Source: Deltaproteobacteria bacterium
GTDB lineage: Bacteria; Desulfobacterota; Desulfovibrionia; Desulfovibrionales; Desulfovibrionaceae
Assembly (NCBI GenBank): GCA_031275645.1
Contig: JAISOL010000070.1
Location: 33,165 to 97,164, forward strand
Direction: 5' to 3'
Length of the DNA: 64,000 nucleotides
The notes beneath the pieces are model-generated. The model was given only the letters and a program-made list of their open reading frames with translations. It ran no database searches and was not told the DNA's origin. Shown here in pieces: positions 52,206-60,770 of this stretch. The translations under genes and the position numbers were made by a program. Within the stretch, counting starts at the first letter, position 1. Each line of letters starts with the position of its first letter.

Positions 52206-53447
52206 TCAGCCGTCCAGACGGCTGAAATCGTCCAGAATTTCTTCTTTCTGGAGGCCGCTTTCCAGGTTTTTCACCAGAACAACGCCCTTTTCCAGTTCAT
52301 TGCTTCCCAGAATCAGGGCGTATCTGGCCCGCTGTCTGGAAGCCGAGCGCAGGCCGCTTTTCAGGCTTGTCGCGCTGAAGGAGAAGGAGCCGGAAAATCC
52401 TTCGGCGCGCAGCCTCTCGGCCAGAAGCAGAGCCGGGGCAAAAGCCTTTTCCTCCAGAATCGCAATGTAAAAATCCGGAACAGGCAGGGGGCGCGGGGGC
52501 AGGAGCAGGGCCAGGCGCTCCAGGCCGCAGGCGAAACCTATGCCCGGGATATCCGGCCCTCCGATGGATTCGGCCAGTCCGTCGTAACGCCCGCCTCCGG
52601 CCAGGGAAGAGCTGGCTCCCATATTTCCGGAAAGAACTTCAAATGTGGTGCGGGTGTAGTAGTCCAGGCCGCGCACCAGCCGGGGGTTAAGGACGTGGCT
52701 TTGCCCCAGGCTCTCCAGCAGCTCGCGGGTCCGGGCAAAGTGCTCCCGGCAGTCCGGGCAGACCTGGGCGCTGATTTCCGGCGCGCCGGCGGTCAGCTCC
52801 GCGCAGACCGGGTTTTTGCAATCCAGAAGCCGCAGGGGGTTGACTTCCAGGCGGCGCCGGCAGTCCTCGCATAGATCCTCCCGGGAGAGTCCGCTCAGAA
52901 AAGCCTTCAGCCTTTCGCGGTAAGCCGGGCGGCAGCGCTTGCAGCCCAGAGTATTCAATTCAAGGGTAAGATCCTCCAGCCCCAGAGCCCGGAGATAATT
53001 CATGAGCATGAGGATGATTTCGGCATCAGCCCGCGGCTCCTCCGTTCCCAGACATTCGCAGTCAACCTGGTGAAACTGGCGCATCCGGCCTTTCTGCGGG
53101 CGCTCGTAGCGAAACATGGGCCCGAAGGTGAAAAGCCTGCTCTGGCTTTCTTTGGCGTACAGGCCGTGTTCCATGCAGGCGCGCATAACACCGGCGGTGG
53201 CCTCCGGCCGCAGCGTCAGGGAGCGGTTTCTGCGATCCGGAAAAGTAAACATCTCTTTTTGTACCACATCGGTTTCCGTGCCGATGGAGCGGGCAAAAAG
53301 CTCCGTGTATTCCAGCAGGGGAATGTGTATCTCCCTGTAGCTGTACAAGGAAAAAATCTCCCTGGCCTTGGCCTCCATGAAGGCGAACCGCAGGGCCTCT
53401 TCCGGCAGGTGATCCGCAAAGCCTTTTACCGTGCTTATTTTAGCCAT
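52206..53447 (-). CDS. hisS: Histidyl-tRNA synthetase
   Basis: 413 aa, with class II motifs FRYERPQKGRMRQFHQ and GGGRYDGL. Confidence 0.93.
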   Translation of the reverse strand: MAKISTVKGFADHLPEEALRFAFMEAKAREIFSLYSYREIHIPLLEYTELFARSIGTETDVVQKEMFTFPDRRNRSLTLRPEATAGVMRACMEHGLYAKESQSRLFTFGPMFRYERPQKGRMRQFHQVDCECLGTEEPRADAEIILMLMNYLRALGLEDLTLELNTLGCKRCRPAYRERLKAFLSGLSREDLCEDCRRRLEVNPLRLLDCKNPVCAELTAGAPEISAQVCPDCREHFARTRELLESLGQSHVLNPRLVRGLDYYTRTTFEVLSGNMGASSSLAGGGRYDGLAESIGGPDIPGIGFACGLERLALLLPPRPLPVPDFYIAILEEKAFAPALLLAERLRAEGFSGSFSFSATSLKSGLRSASRQRARYALILGSNELEKGVVLVKNLESGLQKEEILDDFSRLDG

Positions 53448-53487
53448 TTTTTCAGTTTTTTATAATAAAGAACAGGGGTGGGCAAGC

Positions 53488-53523
53488 GGCGGAGCCGCCG
53501 GATTTGCGGGATCAGGCTCCGCC
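53488..53523 (-). terminator. Hairpin downstream of flgM
   Basis: 9-bp stem ggcggagcc / ggctccgcc with an 18-nt loop. No adjacent T-run. Confidence 0.35.
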
Positions 53524-53548
53524 TTGGGCAAAAGAATAAAACACGGCC

Positions 53549-53851
53549 TCAGCGCAGAAATTCGCCCTCGGTCCGCAACATTTTCACGGCCAGTATCCTG
53601 CTGTCAATCCGGTAATCGCCGGCGGCGATCCTGGACTTGAGTTCGTCCACCTTGTCGGCGCGGATATCCGGAGAGGCCGCGGCCTCTTCCATGACCGCCT
53701 CCTTCAGGCTGGAGCTTCTTATTTCCACGGTGTCGCTTATGCCCGAAGCCCCTTCGTTTTTTCCGGAAAGCTGCCGGTCGACATTTTTGGCATTTTCTTC
53801 CAGCCTGGACAGGTAGGCTTCCGGATTGCTCAAGGTCTTTTTTATTTCCAT
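53549..53851 (-). CDS. flgM: Anti-sigma-28 factor FlgM
   Basis: 100 aa. The C-terminus KVDELKSRIAAGDYRIDSRILAVKML matches the FlgM sigma-28-binding helices. Confidence 0.8.
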   Translation of the reverse strand: MEIKKTLSNPEAYLSRLEENAKNVDRQLSGKNEGASGISDTVEIRSSSLKEAVMEEAAASPDIRADKVDELKSRIAAGDYRIDSRILAVKMLRTEGEFLR

Positions 53852-53878
53852 CGCTTGTCTCCTGCGGAAATATAGCTT

Positions 53879-54295
53879 CTAAAGCATGGTTTCAGCAACT
53901 GTTTTTCTGGTAATATCCCAAAGCTTGCCCATTATCATATGTTTTTCATTCGCAACGATTTCTTCAAGCTCCCCGTTTTTTTCTCTGAAAATCTTGAAAT
54001 CCATTTCTCCCGGAGGATACTGAAAGACAAAATTTTCTCCCAGTTCCGTATCCAGACGATCTCTGACTTCCAGAACCACGGGGTTTTCGCTGCCGGCGAA
54101 AATAAGATTATCGACAACTTCACGCGTTATCCTTTCCACCATGAGCTTCCGTTGCGTTTCGGGCGTGGGGGGACTTTCTCCGCGCCCGTCGCCTTGTCCC
54201 AGAAGTTCACGATATCGGATAAGCTTTCTCGACGATATGAGCTGCCTGCCATACTGCAGCAACATATGCCGTGTATAAAACGACTTGTTGTCCAC
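53879..54295 (-). CDS. Hypothetical protein co-transcribed upstream of flgM
   Basis: 138 aa with a GTG start at 54295 and an RBS (gagggg). It lies 27 nt upstream of flgM and directly behind a sigma-28 promoter. I cannot verify any family here. Confidence 0.55.
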   Translation of the reverse strand: MDNKSFYTRHMLLQYGRQLISSRKLIRYRELLGQGDGRGESPPTPETQRKLMVERITREVVDNLIFAGSENPVVLEVRDRLDTELGENFVFQYPPGEMDFKIFREKNGELEEIVANEKHMIMGKLWDITRKTVAETML

Positions 54296-54317
54296 AATCT
54301 TATCCCCTCGTTTCCTT

Positions 54318-54345
54318 TTATCGGCAAAGGGATAAAAAAACTTTA
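54318..54345 (-). promoter_or_regulatory. Sigma-28 (FliA) promoter
   Basis: The minus strand reads TAAAGTTT-N12-GCCGATAA. Both hexa/octamers match the enteric consensus TAAAGTTT-N11-GCCGATAA perfectly. The -10 element ends 22 nt upstream of the GTG. Confidence 0.75.
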
Positions 54346-54398
54346 GGCGGCGCGGTCGCGCGTGAGAGCGTTTTACAGCCGGGCCTCCCGCCGTGGGA

Positions 54399-56135
54399 TC
54401 ACATTTTTTGTCTTTTTACATAGCCGGTATGCAGCAGTTTATGGGCGAGGCGGCTGTTGTGTTCACCCAGAAAATCGGCGTAAAGGCTTTTGATAAATGG
54501 GTTTTCGTGGGCTTTGCGCAGTTTTTTGCCTTGATCTTCGCTCAGCAGGGCCTGCATGCGTTTTTCCAGCACTTTCACGTCCCCGTGGTGGTAAGGCTGG
54601 CCTCCGCCGTCAATGCAGCCTCCGGGGCAAGCCATGATTTCAATGGCGTGATACGCGCTCTCGCCCGAGCGCACGCTTTCCAGCAGTTTTCTGGCGTTGC
54701 CCAGACCGCTGGCTACAGCCACTTTTACCCGCATTTCGCCGATGGCCACGCTGGCTTCCTTGATGCCGGCAAAACCGCGCAGAGCCTCGAAGTCCACTTT
54801 TTCCAGAGTGGCGCCGGTCAGCCATTCATAGGAGGTGCGCAGGGCCGCCTCCAGCACGCCGCCGCTGATTCCGAAGATATCCGCCGCTCCGGTGGACGCG
54901 CCCAGGGGAGCGTCGTATTCTCCGTCAGGCAGGGAATTGAAGTTGATGCCCGCATCGCGTATGATCCTGACCAGTTCGCGGGTGGTCACCACCAGATCCA
55001 CTTCCGGCAGCCCGTTCACGGTGAGTTCCGGGCGTCCGGCCTCGTATTTTTTGGCCAGACAGGGCATGACGGAAACCACTGCCATTTTTTTCGGATTTAT
55101 CCCCAGTTTTTCGGCCAGATAGGTTTTGGCGATCACGCCGAACATGTGTTGCGGCGATTTACAGGTGGAAGGCACATCCAGAAGATCGCTGAACTGGTGC
55201 TCGAAGAATTTCACCCAGCCGGGGCAACAACTGGTGAGAATGGGGAGCCGCCCGCCGTTTTTGACCCGATCCAGAAATTCCGCCGCTTCTTCCATGATGG
55301 TGAGATCCGCGGCGAAATTGGTGTCAAAAACCCGGTCAAAGCCGAGAAGGCGCAGGGCGGAAACCAGTTTCCCGGTAACCGCCCGCCCCGGAGGCAGGCC
55401 GAAGGCTTCGCCCAGGGCGGCGCGCACGGCCGGGGCTGTCTGCACGACCGTGAATTTTTCCGTGTCTCCCAGCAACTTCCATAAAGAGGGGATGTTGTTC
55501 ACCTCCGAAAGGGCGGCCGTGGGGCATACCGCCACGCATTGCCCGCAGGAGACGCAGGTGGTTTCGGCAAGGGGCACGGCGAAGGCGGTGCCCACGGTGG
55601 TCCGGAATCCCCGGTTTACGGCGGAAAGGGCATTGACGGTCTGCACTTCGTTGCACATGGTTTCGCAGCGGCGGCAGAGCACGCATTTGTTCATGTCCCT
55701 GACCAGGGCCGGGCTGGATTTGTCCGCTTTGTGGGAGGACATTTTACCGGTGTAGGTGATGTCCGTTATGCTTAACTCCGCGGCCAGGCTCTGCAGTTCG
55801 CACTGCGTGTTCTTGGGGCAGGTCAGGCAGCTTTTGGGATGGTTGGAAAGGATGAGTTCCACTACCCCCCGGCGGGCCCGTATGACTCTGGGGCTGTGGG
55901 TTTTCACTTCCATGCCGGGAGCGACCGGGGTGGAACAGGCCGGGGCCAGGGCGCGGCGCCCGGCGACCTCCACCATGCATACCCGGCAGGTGGCGGCTTT
56001 GTTCAGCATTTTAAGGCTGTGCAGGTCAAGATGGCAGAGAGTGGGAATATGAATGTCCAGTTCCCTTGCCGCATCCAGGATAGTAGCGTTTTCGGGCGCT
56101 TCCACGGATTTTCCGTTTATGGCGAGAGTGACCAT
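54399..56135 (-). CDS. hydA: [FeFe] hydrogenase catalytic subunit (HydA/HndD type)
   Basis: 578 aa. It has an N-terminal 2Fe-2S/4Fe-4S ferredoxin region and the H-cluster motifs TSCCPGW, MPCLAKKYE and EIMACPGGCIDGGGQP. Confidence 0.93.
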   Translation of the reverse strand: MVTLAINGKSVEAPENATILDAARELDIHIPTLCHLDLHSLKMLNKAATCRVCMVEVAGRRALAPACSTPVAPGMEVKTHSPRVIRARRGVVELILSNHPKSCLTCPKNTQCELQSLAAELSITDITYTGKMSSHKADKSSPALVRDMNKCVLCRRCETMCNEVQTVNALSAVNRGFRTTVGTAFAVPLAETTCVSCGQCVAVCPTAALSEVNNIPSLWKLLGDTEKFTVVQTAPAVRAALGEAFGLPPGRAVTGKLVSALRLLGFDRVFDTNFAADLTIMEEAAEFLDRVKNGGRLPILTSCCPGWVKFFEHQFSDLLDVPSTCKSPQHMFGVIAKTYLAEKLGINPKKMAVVSVMPCLAKKYEAGRPELTVNGLPEVDLVVTTRELVRIIRDAGINFNSLPDGEYDAPLGASTGAADIFGISGGVLEAALRTSYEWLTGATLEKVDFEALRGFAGIKEASVAIGEMRVKVAVASGLGNARKLLESVRSGESAYHAIEIMACPGGCIDGGGQPYHHGDVKVLEKRMQALLSEDQGKKLRKAHENPFIKSLYADFLGEHNSRLAHKLLHTGYVKRQKM

Positions 56136-56183
56136 AAGTCCTCACAATGACGGCCGAAGGCCGGTAAAACTATGTCTTGGCGC

Positions 56184-58061
56184 TTATTTCCGGATAATGG
56201 CCTTGACCGGGCAGGCGCCGGCGCAAGTGCCGCATTTGATGCAGGCGCCGGGATCTATAACGTGCCTCTGCTTGCGCTCGCCGCCTATGCAGGAGGCCGG
56301 GCAGTTTTTCAGGCACTTGCCGCAGCCTATGCAGGCTTCGGTAATGAAAAAGTCGAGCAGTTCCCGGCACACTCCGGCCGGGCAGCGCTTTTCGTACACA
56401 TGGGCATCGTATTCCTGGCTGAAAAAGCGCATGGTGCTGAGCACCGGGTTGGGCGCTGTCTGCCCCAGGGCGCAGAGCGCGGTATCCTGGATGATTTGCC
56501 CCAGGCTCCGAAGTTTTTCCAGGTGTTCCGGGGTGCCCAGGCCCTTGGTGATCTCGTCCAGGATTTCATGCAGGCGCAGGTTGCCCACCCGGCAGGGCGT
56601 GCATTTGCCGCAGGATTCGTCCATGGTGAATTCCAGGTAGAATTTGGCGATGTCAACCATGCAGTTGTCTTCATCCATAACGATCATGCCGCCGGAACCC
56701 ATCATGGAGCCGATGGAAGATAAAGATTGATAGTCAATCTTTATGTCCATGTTTTCTTCGCTTATACATCCGCCGGAAGGCCCTCCGGTCTGCACCGCCT
56801 TCAACTTCTTGCCGTTTTTGATGCCGCCGCCTATTTCATAGATGATTTCGCGCAGAGTTATGCCCATTGGCACTTCCACCAGGCCGACATTGTTGATTTT
56901 GCCGGCCAGGGCGAAGACCTTGGTTCCCTTGGATTTTTCCGAGCCTATGCCGGAAAACCACCCGGCTCCCCGGCGCAGGATTTTCGGGACATTGGCCAGG
57001 GTTTCCACATTGTTGATAATGGTGGGTTTATGCCATAACCCCTGTTCCGCCGGAAAAGGCGGCTTGGGCGTGGGTTCTCCGCGTCCGCCTTCTATGGAGC
57101 GGAGGAGGGCTGTTTCTTCGCCGCAGACAAAAGCGCCCGCGCCGTATTTAAGCTCAAGATCGAAGGAGAAGGAGGAACCGAGAATGTTCCGGCCCAGAAG
57201 CCCGGCGGCCCTGGCCTGCTCCACGGCCAGGGAGAGACGCCGTATGGCCAGGGGATACTCCGCCCGGATATAGACAAAACCCTGATCCGCGCCAAAGGCG
57301 TAGGCCGCTATGAGCATTCCCTCGATAACGCTGTGGGGGTCTCCTTCCAGAATGGAGCGATCCATGAAAGCGCCGGGATCTCCCTCGTCGGCGTTGCAGA
57401 CCATATATTTTTTGCCTTCGGGCTGGGCCGCGGCCGCGGCCCATTTCACGCCGGTGGGAAAGCCCGCTCCGCCGCGCCCGCTCAGGCCGGAATCCGTAAC
57501 TTCCTTTATCACCTCTTCCGGGGTCATTTTATCCAGGCAGCGGGCCAGACCCTGGTAGCCTTCGGCCGCGACGTATTCCTCAATGAGCTCAGGGTTGATC
57601 CGTCCGCAGTTTTCCAGGGCGATGCGCAACTGCTTCTTGTAGAAATTCATGTCGCTCTGCCGCTCTATAAGCACTCCCGGATGGGCCGGATCCTCGTAGA
57701 GCAGCCGGCGGACCACGGCGTTGTCGCGCAGGTGGCTTTCCACAATCTCCCTGGCGTCTTCCGGCTTTACTTCGGTGTAAAAGACATCGTCCGGAAAAAT
57801 TTTGACAATGGGGCCTTTTTCGCAAAAACCGAAGCAGCCGGTGATTTGCGCCGAAGCCTTGTCCGCGAGCCCGGCGGCGAGTATTTCCCGGTGCAGGTTT
57901 TCCAGAATCGCGGCGCTTTCGGAAGATTGGCAGCCCGTGCCGCCGCAGACGAGCAGTTCGCGCTTCTGCCCGCTTCGGGTATTTTCCTCCCTCAGGGCCA
58001 GGAGAGGCTTACAGGCGGCGCGGGCGGCGTTGAGTTCGGCGTAACTGGCGATTTTTTTCAT
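56184..58061 (-). CDS. hydB: NuoF-like NAD(P)H/FMN-binding subunit of the [FeFe] hydrogenase (HydB/HndC type)
   Basis: 625 aa. It has an N-terminal thioredoxin-like 2Fe-2S domain (LLVCGGTGCQSS), GRGGAGFPTGVKW (FMN), CGKCTPCR, and two C-terminal 4Fe-4S ferredoxin motifs. Confidence 0.9.
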   Translation of the reverse strand: MKKIASYAELNAARAACKPLLALREENTRSGQKRELLVCGGTGCQSSESAAILENLHREILAAGLADKASAQITGCFGFCEKGPIVKIFPDDVFYTEVKPEDAREIVESHLRDNAVVRRLLYEDPAHPGVLIERQSDMNFYKKQLRIALENCGRINPELIEEYVAAEGYQGLARCLDKMTPEEVIKEVTDSGLSGRGGAGFPTGVKWAAAAAQPEGKKYMVCNADEGDPGAFMDRSILEGDPHSVIEGMLIAAYAFGADQGFVYIRAEYPLAIRRLSLAVEQARAAGLLGRNILGSSFSFDLELKYGAGAFVCGEETALLRSIEGGRGEPTPKPPFPAEQGLWHKPTIINNVETLANVPKILRRGAGWFSGIGSEKSKGTKVFALAGKINNVGLVEVPMGITLREIIYEIGGGIKNGKKLKAVQTGGPSGGCISEENMDIKIDYQSLSSIGSMMGSGGMIVMDEDNCMVDIAKFYLEFTMDESCGKCTPCRVGNLRLHEILDEITKGLGTPEHLEKLRSLGQIIQDTALCALGQTAPNPVLSTMRFFSQEYDAHVYEKRCPAGVCRELLDFFITEACIGCGKCLKNCPASCIGGERKQRHVIDPGACIKCGTCAGACPVKAIIRK

Positions 58062-58062
58062 A

Positions 58063-58560
58063 TCAAGACTTCCCGTCCGTATATTGTTCCAGCATCGGGC
58101 CTATGTCCTTGACCTCAAGGCGGCCGTAACCCTTGCCGTTAACCAGCGTCACGGGCGCAAGGCCGCAGGCTCCCACGCAGCGCAGGGATTCCAGGCTGAA
58201 TTTCCGGTCTAAGGAAGTCTCGCCCAGTTTGATGCCCAGCCGGCTTTCCAGCTCACGGGCGATTTTTTCCGCTCCGCGCACAAAGCAGGCCGTGCCCAGG
58301 CAGACTTTGACCTGGTAGCGTCCCTTGGGTTTGGTGGTAAAGAAGGAATAGAAGCTGATTACGCCGTAAACTTTTGAAACAGCTACGTTCAGGCGCTCGC
58401 TGATGAGAAAGACAGCTTCTTTGGGCAGATAGCCGAAAATACGCTGGGCTTCGTAAAGCGTCTTGATGAGCGCAGATTCGTTTCTGCCGGAAGAGTCAAT
58501 GGAAGAGTCGAGAAAGGCTGCAAGTTTTTTGCAGTCTTCCCCCTGCGGGCTTTGTGGCAT
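58063..58560 (-). CDS. hydC: NuoE-like 2Fe-2S subunit of the [FeFe] hydrogenase (HydC/HndA type)
   Basis: 165 aa with VKVCLGTACFVRGA...CVGACGLAPV. The stop lies 1 nt before the hydB start. Confidence 0.88.
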   Translation of the reverse strand: MPQSPQGEDCKKLAAFLDSSIDSSGRNESALIKTLYEAQRIFGYLPKEAVFLISERLNVAVSKVYGVISFYSFFTTKPKGRYQVKVCLGTACFVRGAEKIARELESRLGIKLGETSLDRKFSLESLRCVGACGLAPVTLVNGKGYGRLEVKDIGPMLEQYTDGKS

Positions 58561-58576
58561 TGCTGACCTCCGGGCT

Positions 58577-58605
58577 ATTTATAGAGACGATAACACTGTC
58601 TGTCA
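58577..58605 (-). promoter_or_regulatory. Candidate sigma-70-type promoter for hydCBA
   Basis: The minus strand reads TGACAG-N16-TATAAAT, then cccGGAGGtcagcaATG. The leader would be very short. Confidence 0.3.
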
Positions 58606-58656
58606 GATGTTTCAATCCGTCCAGCTCAGGCCCGCGCGGCGGACTCATCTGGAAAT

Positions 58657-59718
58657 TCAGGGCGGCGGGGAGCCGTTTTCCGGCAGGGCCTCGATCAGGG
58701 CTTCCATTGCGCCGCCGCAGACCATGCCGTCTTCTTCCGCGGAATCCGTGAGATCGATTTTTTTCAGGCAATAGCCGCCTTCGCGCATGACGTCCAGAGC
58801 GTCCCTGAGGAGTCCGGCCTCGGCGCAGCCTCCGCCTATGCTGCCCAGGCCGCGCCCGTCAGGGAGCACCGCCATTTTGGCTCCGGCTTTTCTGGGGGTT
58901 GATCCCCAGGTCGAGATCACGGTCACCAGAGCGCATTTTTCCCTGCGCTCTCCGGCCAGCCATTCCAGCAGGCGCAGGTCGGCGCAGCCTTCTCCGGCCT
59001 GCTTCGAGCTTGCCGCGCCATCGCTTTTGCGGCGTTTTTCCAACACTATTTCCGCCAGGATGGAAACGGCTATTTCCTCCGGCGTCACCGCTCCCAGGTC
59101 CAGCCCTATGGGCGAGTGCAGGCGGCCTGAAAGCTCCGGAGAATATCCCTCTTCCTCCAGTTGCCCGAGTATGAGGCCCACCCGGCGGCGCGAGCCGATC
59201 ATGCCGGCGTAGCGGGGGGGTACGCCCTCCAGAATCTGGCGCAGGCAGAGCTGATCGTGTCTGTGCCCTCTGGTCACGATGACCGCGTAATCGCTGGCGC
59301 GTATGCTCAGGCGGTTTTTTATCCGCTCAAAGGAGTCGCAGATGACTTCCCCGGCCGAGGGGAAGCGTTCTCTGGAGGCAAAGGAGGGCCGGTCGTCATA
59401 GATCAGCACGTCGAAATCCAGAAGGGCGGCCATCTGGGACAGGGGCAGGGAGATGTGTCCGCCGCCGAAGATCAGCAGGCGGGGCCTGGGCAGAAAATAT
59501 TCCGCCAGAATGCTTTCACGCCCTCTTTTTTCAAAGTAAAGCGGAGAAGCGGCGTTTATTTTGTCCTTCCAGGGGGCGGCGGGCGCCTCCTCCCCGCGGG
59601 AGGGAGAGTTTTCGTCATAGATGCGTTTTGTTATGCTCCCGGGGCCGTATTGCGTGACCAGGACGGCCTCCCGCCCTTCGCGCAGGGCCAGGAGCAGATT
59701 TTTATACAGGTTCCGCAT
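58657..59718 (-). CDS. XdhC/CoxI-family molybdenum-cofactor insertion chaperone-like protein with atypical domain order
   Basis: 353 aa from ATG 59718, with the RBS aaggaagag upstream. The Rossmann XdhC_C part is LLIFGGGHISLPL...YAGMIGSRRR...PIGLDLGAVTPEEIAVSILAEI. The conserved CoxI motif WGSTPRKAGAKMAV...GSIGGGC sits at the C-terminus. The track's 5' extension to 60003 is rejected. Confidence 0.75.
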   Translation of the reverse strand: MRNLYKNLLLALREGREAVLVTQYGPGSITKRIYDENSPSRGEEAPAAPWKDKINAASPLYFEKRGRESILAEYFLPRPRLLIFGGGHISLPLSQMAALLDFDVLIYDDRPSFASRERFPSAGEVICDSFERIKNRLSIRASDYAVIVTRGHRHDQLCLRQILEGVPPRYAGMIGSRRRVGLILGQLEEEGYSPELSGRLHSPIGLDLGAVTPEEIAVSILAEIVLEKRRKSDGAASSKQAGEGCADLRLLEWLAGERREKCALVTVISTWGSTPRKAGAKMAVLPDGRGLGSIGGGCAEAGLLRDALDVMREGGYCLKKIDLTDSAEEDGMVCGGAMEALIEALPENGSPPP

Positions 59719-59741
59719 GTTCTCTTCCTTGTTTTGTCGCG

Positions 59742-60770
59742 TCAGGCGCAGCCGAAGGAACAATCGGGAAAGGAGCATTCCGGGCATTGCGCGCACAAGC
59801 CGCCGTGGGCCAGGGCGGTGAAATCGCGCCGGGTCAGGCGCTGGCCGGCCAGGAGGCGGGGGGCGACGAGATCGAAGATGCTGGCCCGCCGCTCGTACAT
59901 GACGCAGCCGGGGAGTCCCAGGATCGCTATGTCCCTGACGTAGCCCAGCATGAACATGGCGCCGGGCATGGCGGGGACGCCGTAGGTGACCACCTCGCCG
60001 CACACTTCCCGGATGGCGGTCGGAGTTTTGTCATCGGGATCGACGCTCATGCCTCCGGTGACCGCCACCAGGGTCGCTCCTTGTTTCAGGGCTTCGCGTA
60101 TGGCGGCCGCGGTAGCGGAAGGCTCGTCCGGAACCAGGGCATGGCAGTGGATGGAGGAACCCCAGGAAGCGAACTTCCGGCGCAGCACGGGAGTGAAGCC
60201 GTCCTGCACGCGGCCGTGGTAGACTTCGCTGCCGGTGGTGACCACTCCCACCAGATGCGGGGCCAGGGGCAGCACGTTCAGGATGGGGCCGCTGTCCAGA
60301 CAGAGCTTTTCCGCTCCCAGCAGGGCCTCTTCGGGCACGCAGAGGGGAATGGCCCTGGTTCCGGCGACGATCTGCCCCGGCTTCACCTCCCGGTTTCCGT
60401 GGGCCGTGACCACGGTCAGCAGAGGAATGTCGTTCACGGCTTCGAGGAGATCCCGTTTGACCGTGAGCAGGCCCCGTATTTCCGACCTGAGGTCGATACG
60501 GCCTTCGGAAGGCTCGCCGAAGCTCAGATTCAGGCCGCAGGCGATCCTGGCCAGACGGAGGGCCGCCTCGTCCTCATGCGCCTGCCCGTCCGGAACGTCG
60601 CTCCAGACAAAGATATTTTCCTTGCCCAGACGCAGGAACAGCGGAATGTCCTCCTCCCGCACCACATGCCCTTTCTTGAAAGCCGCTCTTTTCTGCTCTC
60701 CCGGAACTATCTCTGTAATGTCGTGGCAGAGGATCAGGCCCAGGGCCTGGACAGTGGGGACGGATTTCAT
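59742..60770 (-). CDS. MoeA-like molybdopterin-binding (MoCF_BD) protein with a Cys-rich C-terminal tail
   Basis: 342 aa from ATG 60770, with the RBS aaggagg upstream. The MoCF-binding core is VGVVTTGSEV...LVAVTGGMSVDPDDKT. The tail is CAQCPECSFPDCSFGCA. The track extension to 60893 is rejected. Confidence 0.72.
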   Translation of the reverse strand: MKSVPTVQALGLILCHDITEIVPGEQKRAAFKKGHVVREEDIPLFLRLGKENIFVWSDVPDGQAHEDEAALRLARIACGLNLSFGEPSEGRIDLRSEIRGLLTVKRDLLEAVNDIPLLTVVTAHGNREVKPGQIVAGTRAIPLCVPEEALLGAEKLCLDSGPILNVLPLAPHLVGVVTTGSEVYHGRVQDGFTPVLRRKFASWGSSIHCHALVPDEPSATAAAIREALKQGATLVAVTGGMSVDPDDKTPTAIREVCGEVVTYGVPAMPGAMFMLGYVRDIAILGLPGCVMYERRASIFDLVAPRLLAGQRLTRRDFTALAHGGLCAQCPECSFPDCSFGCA

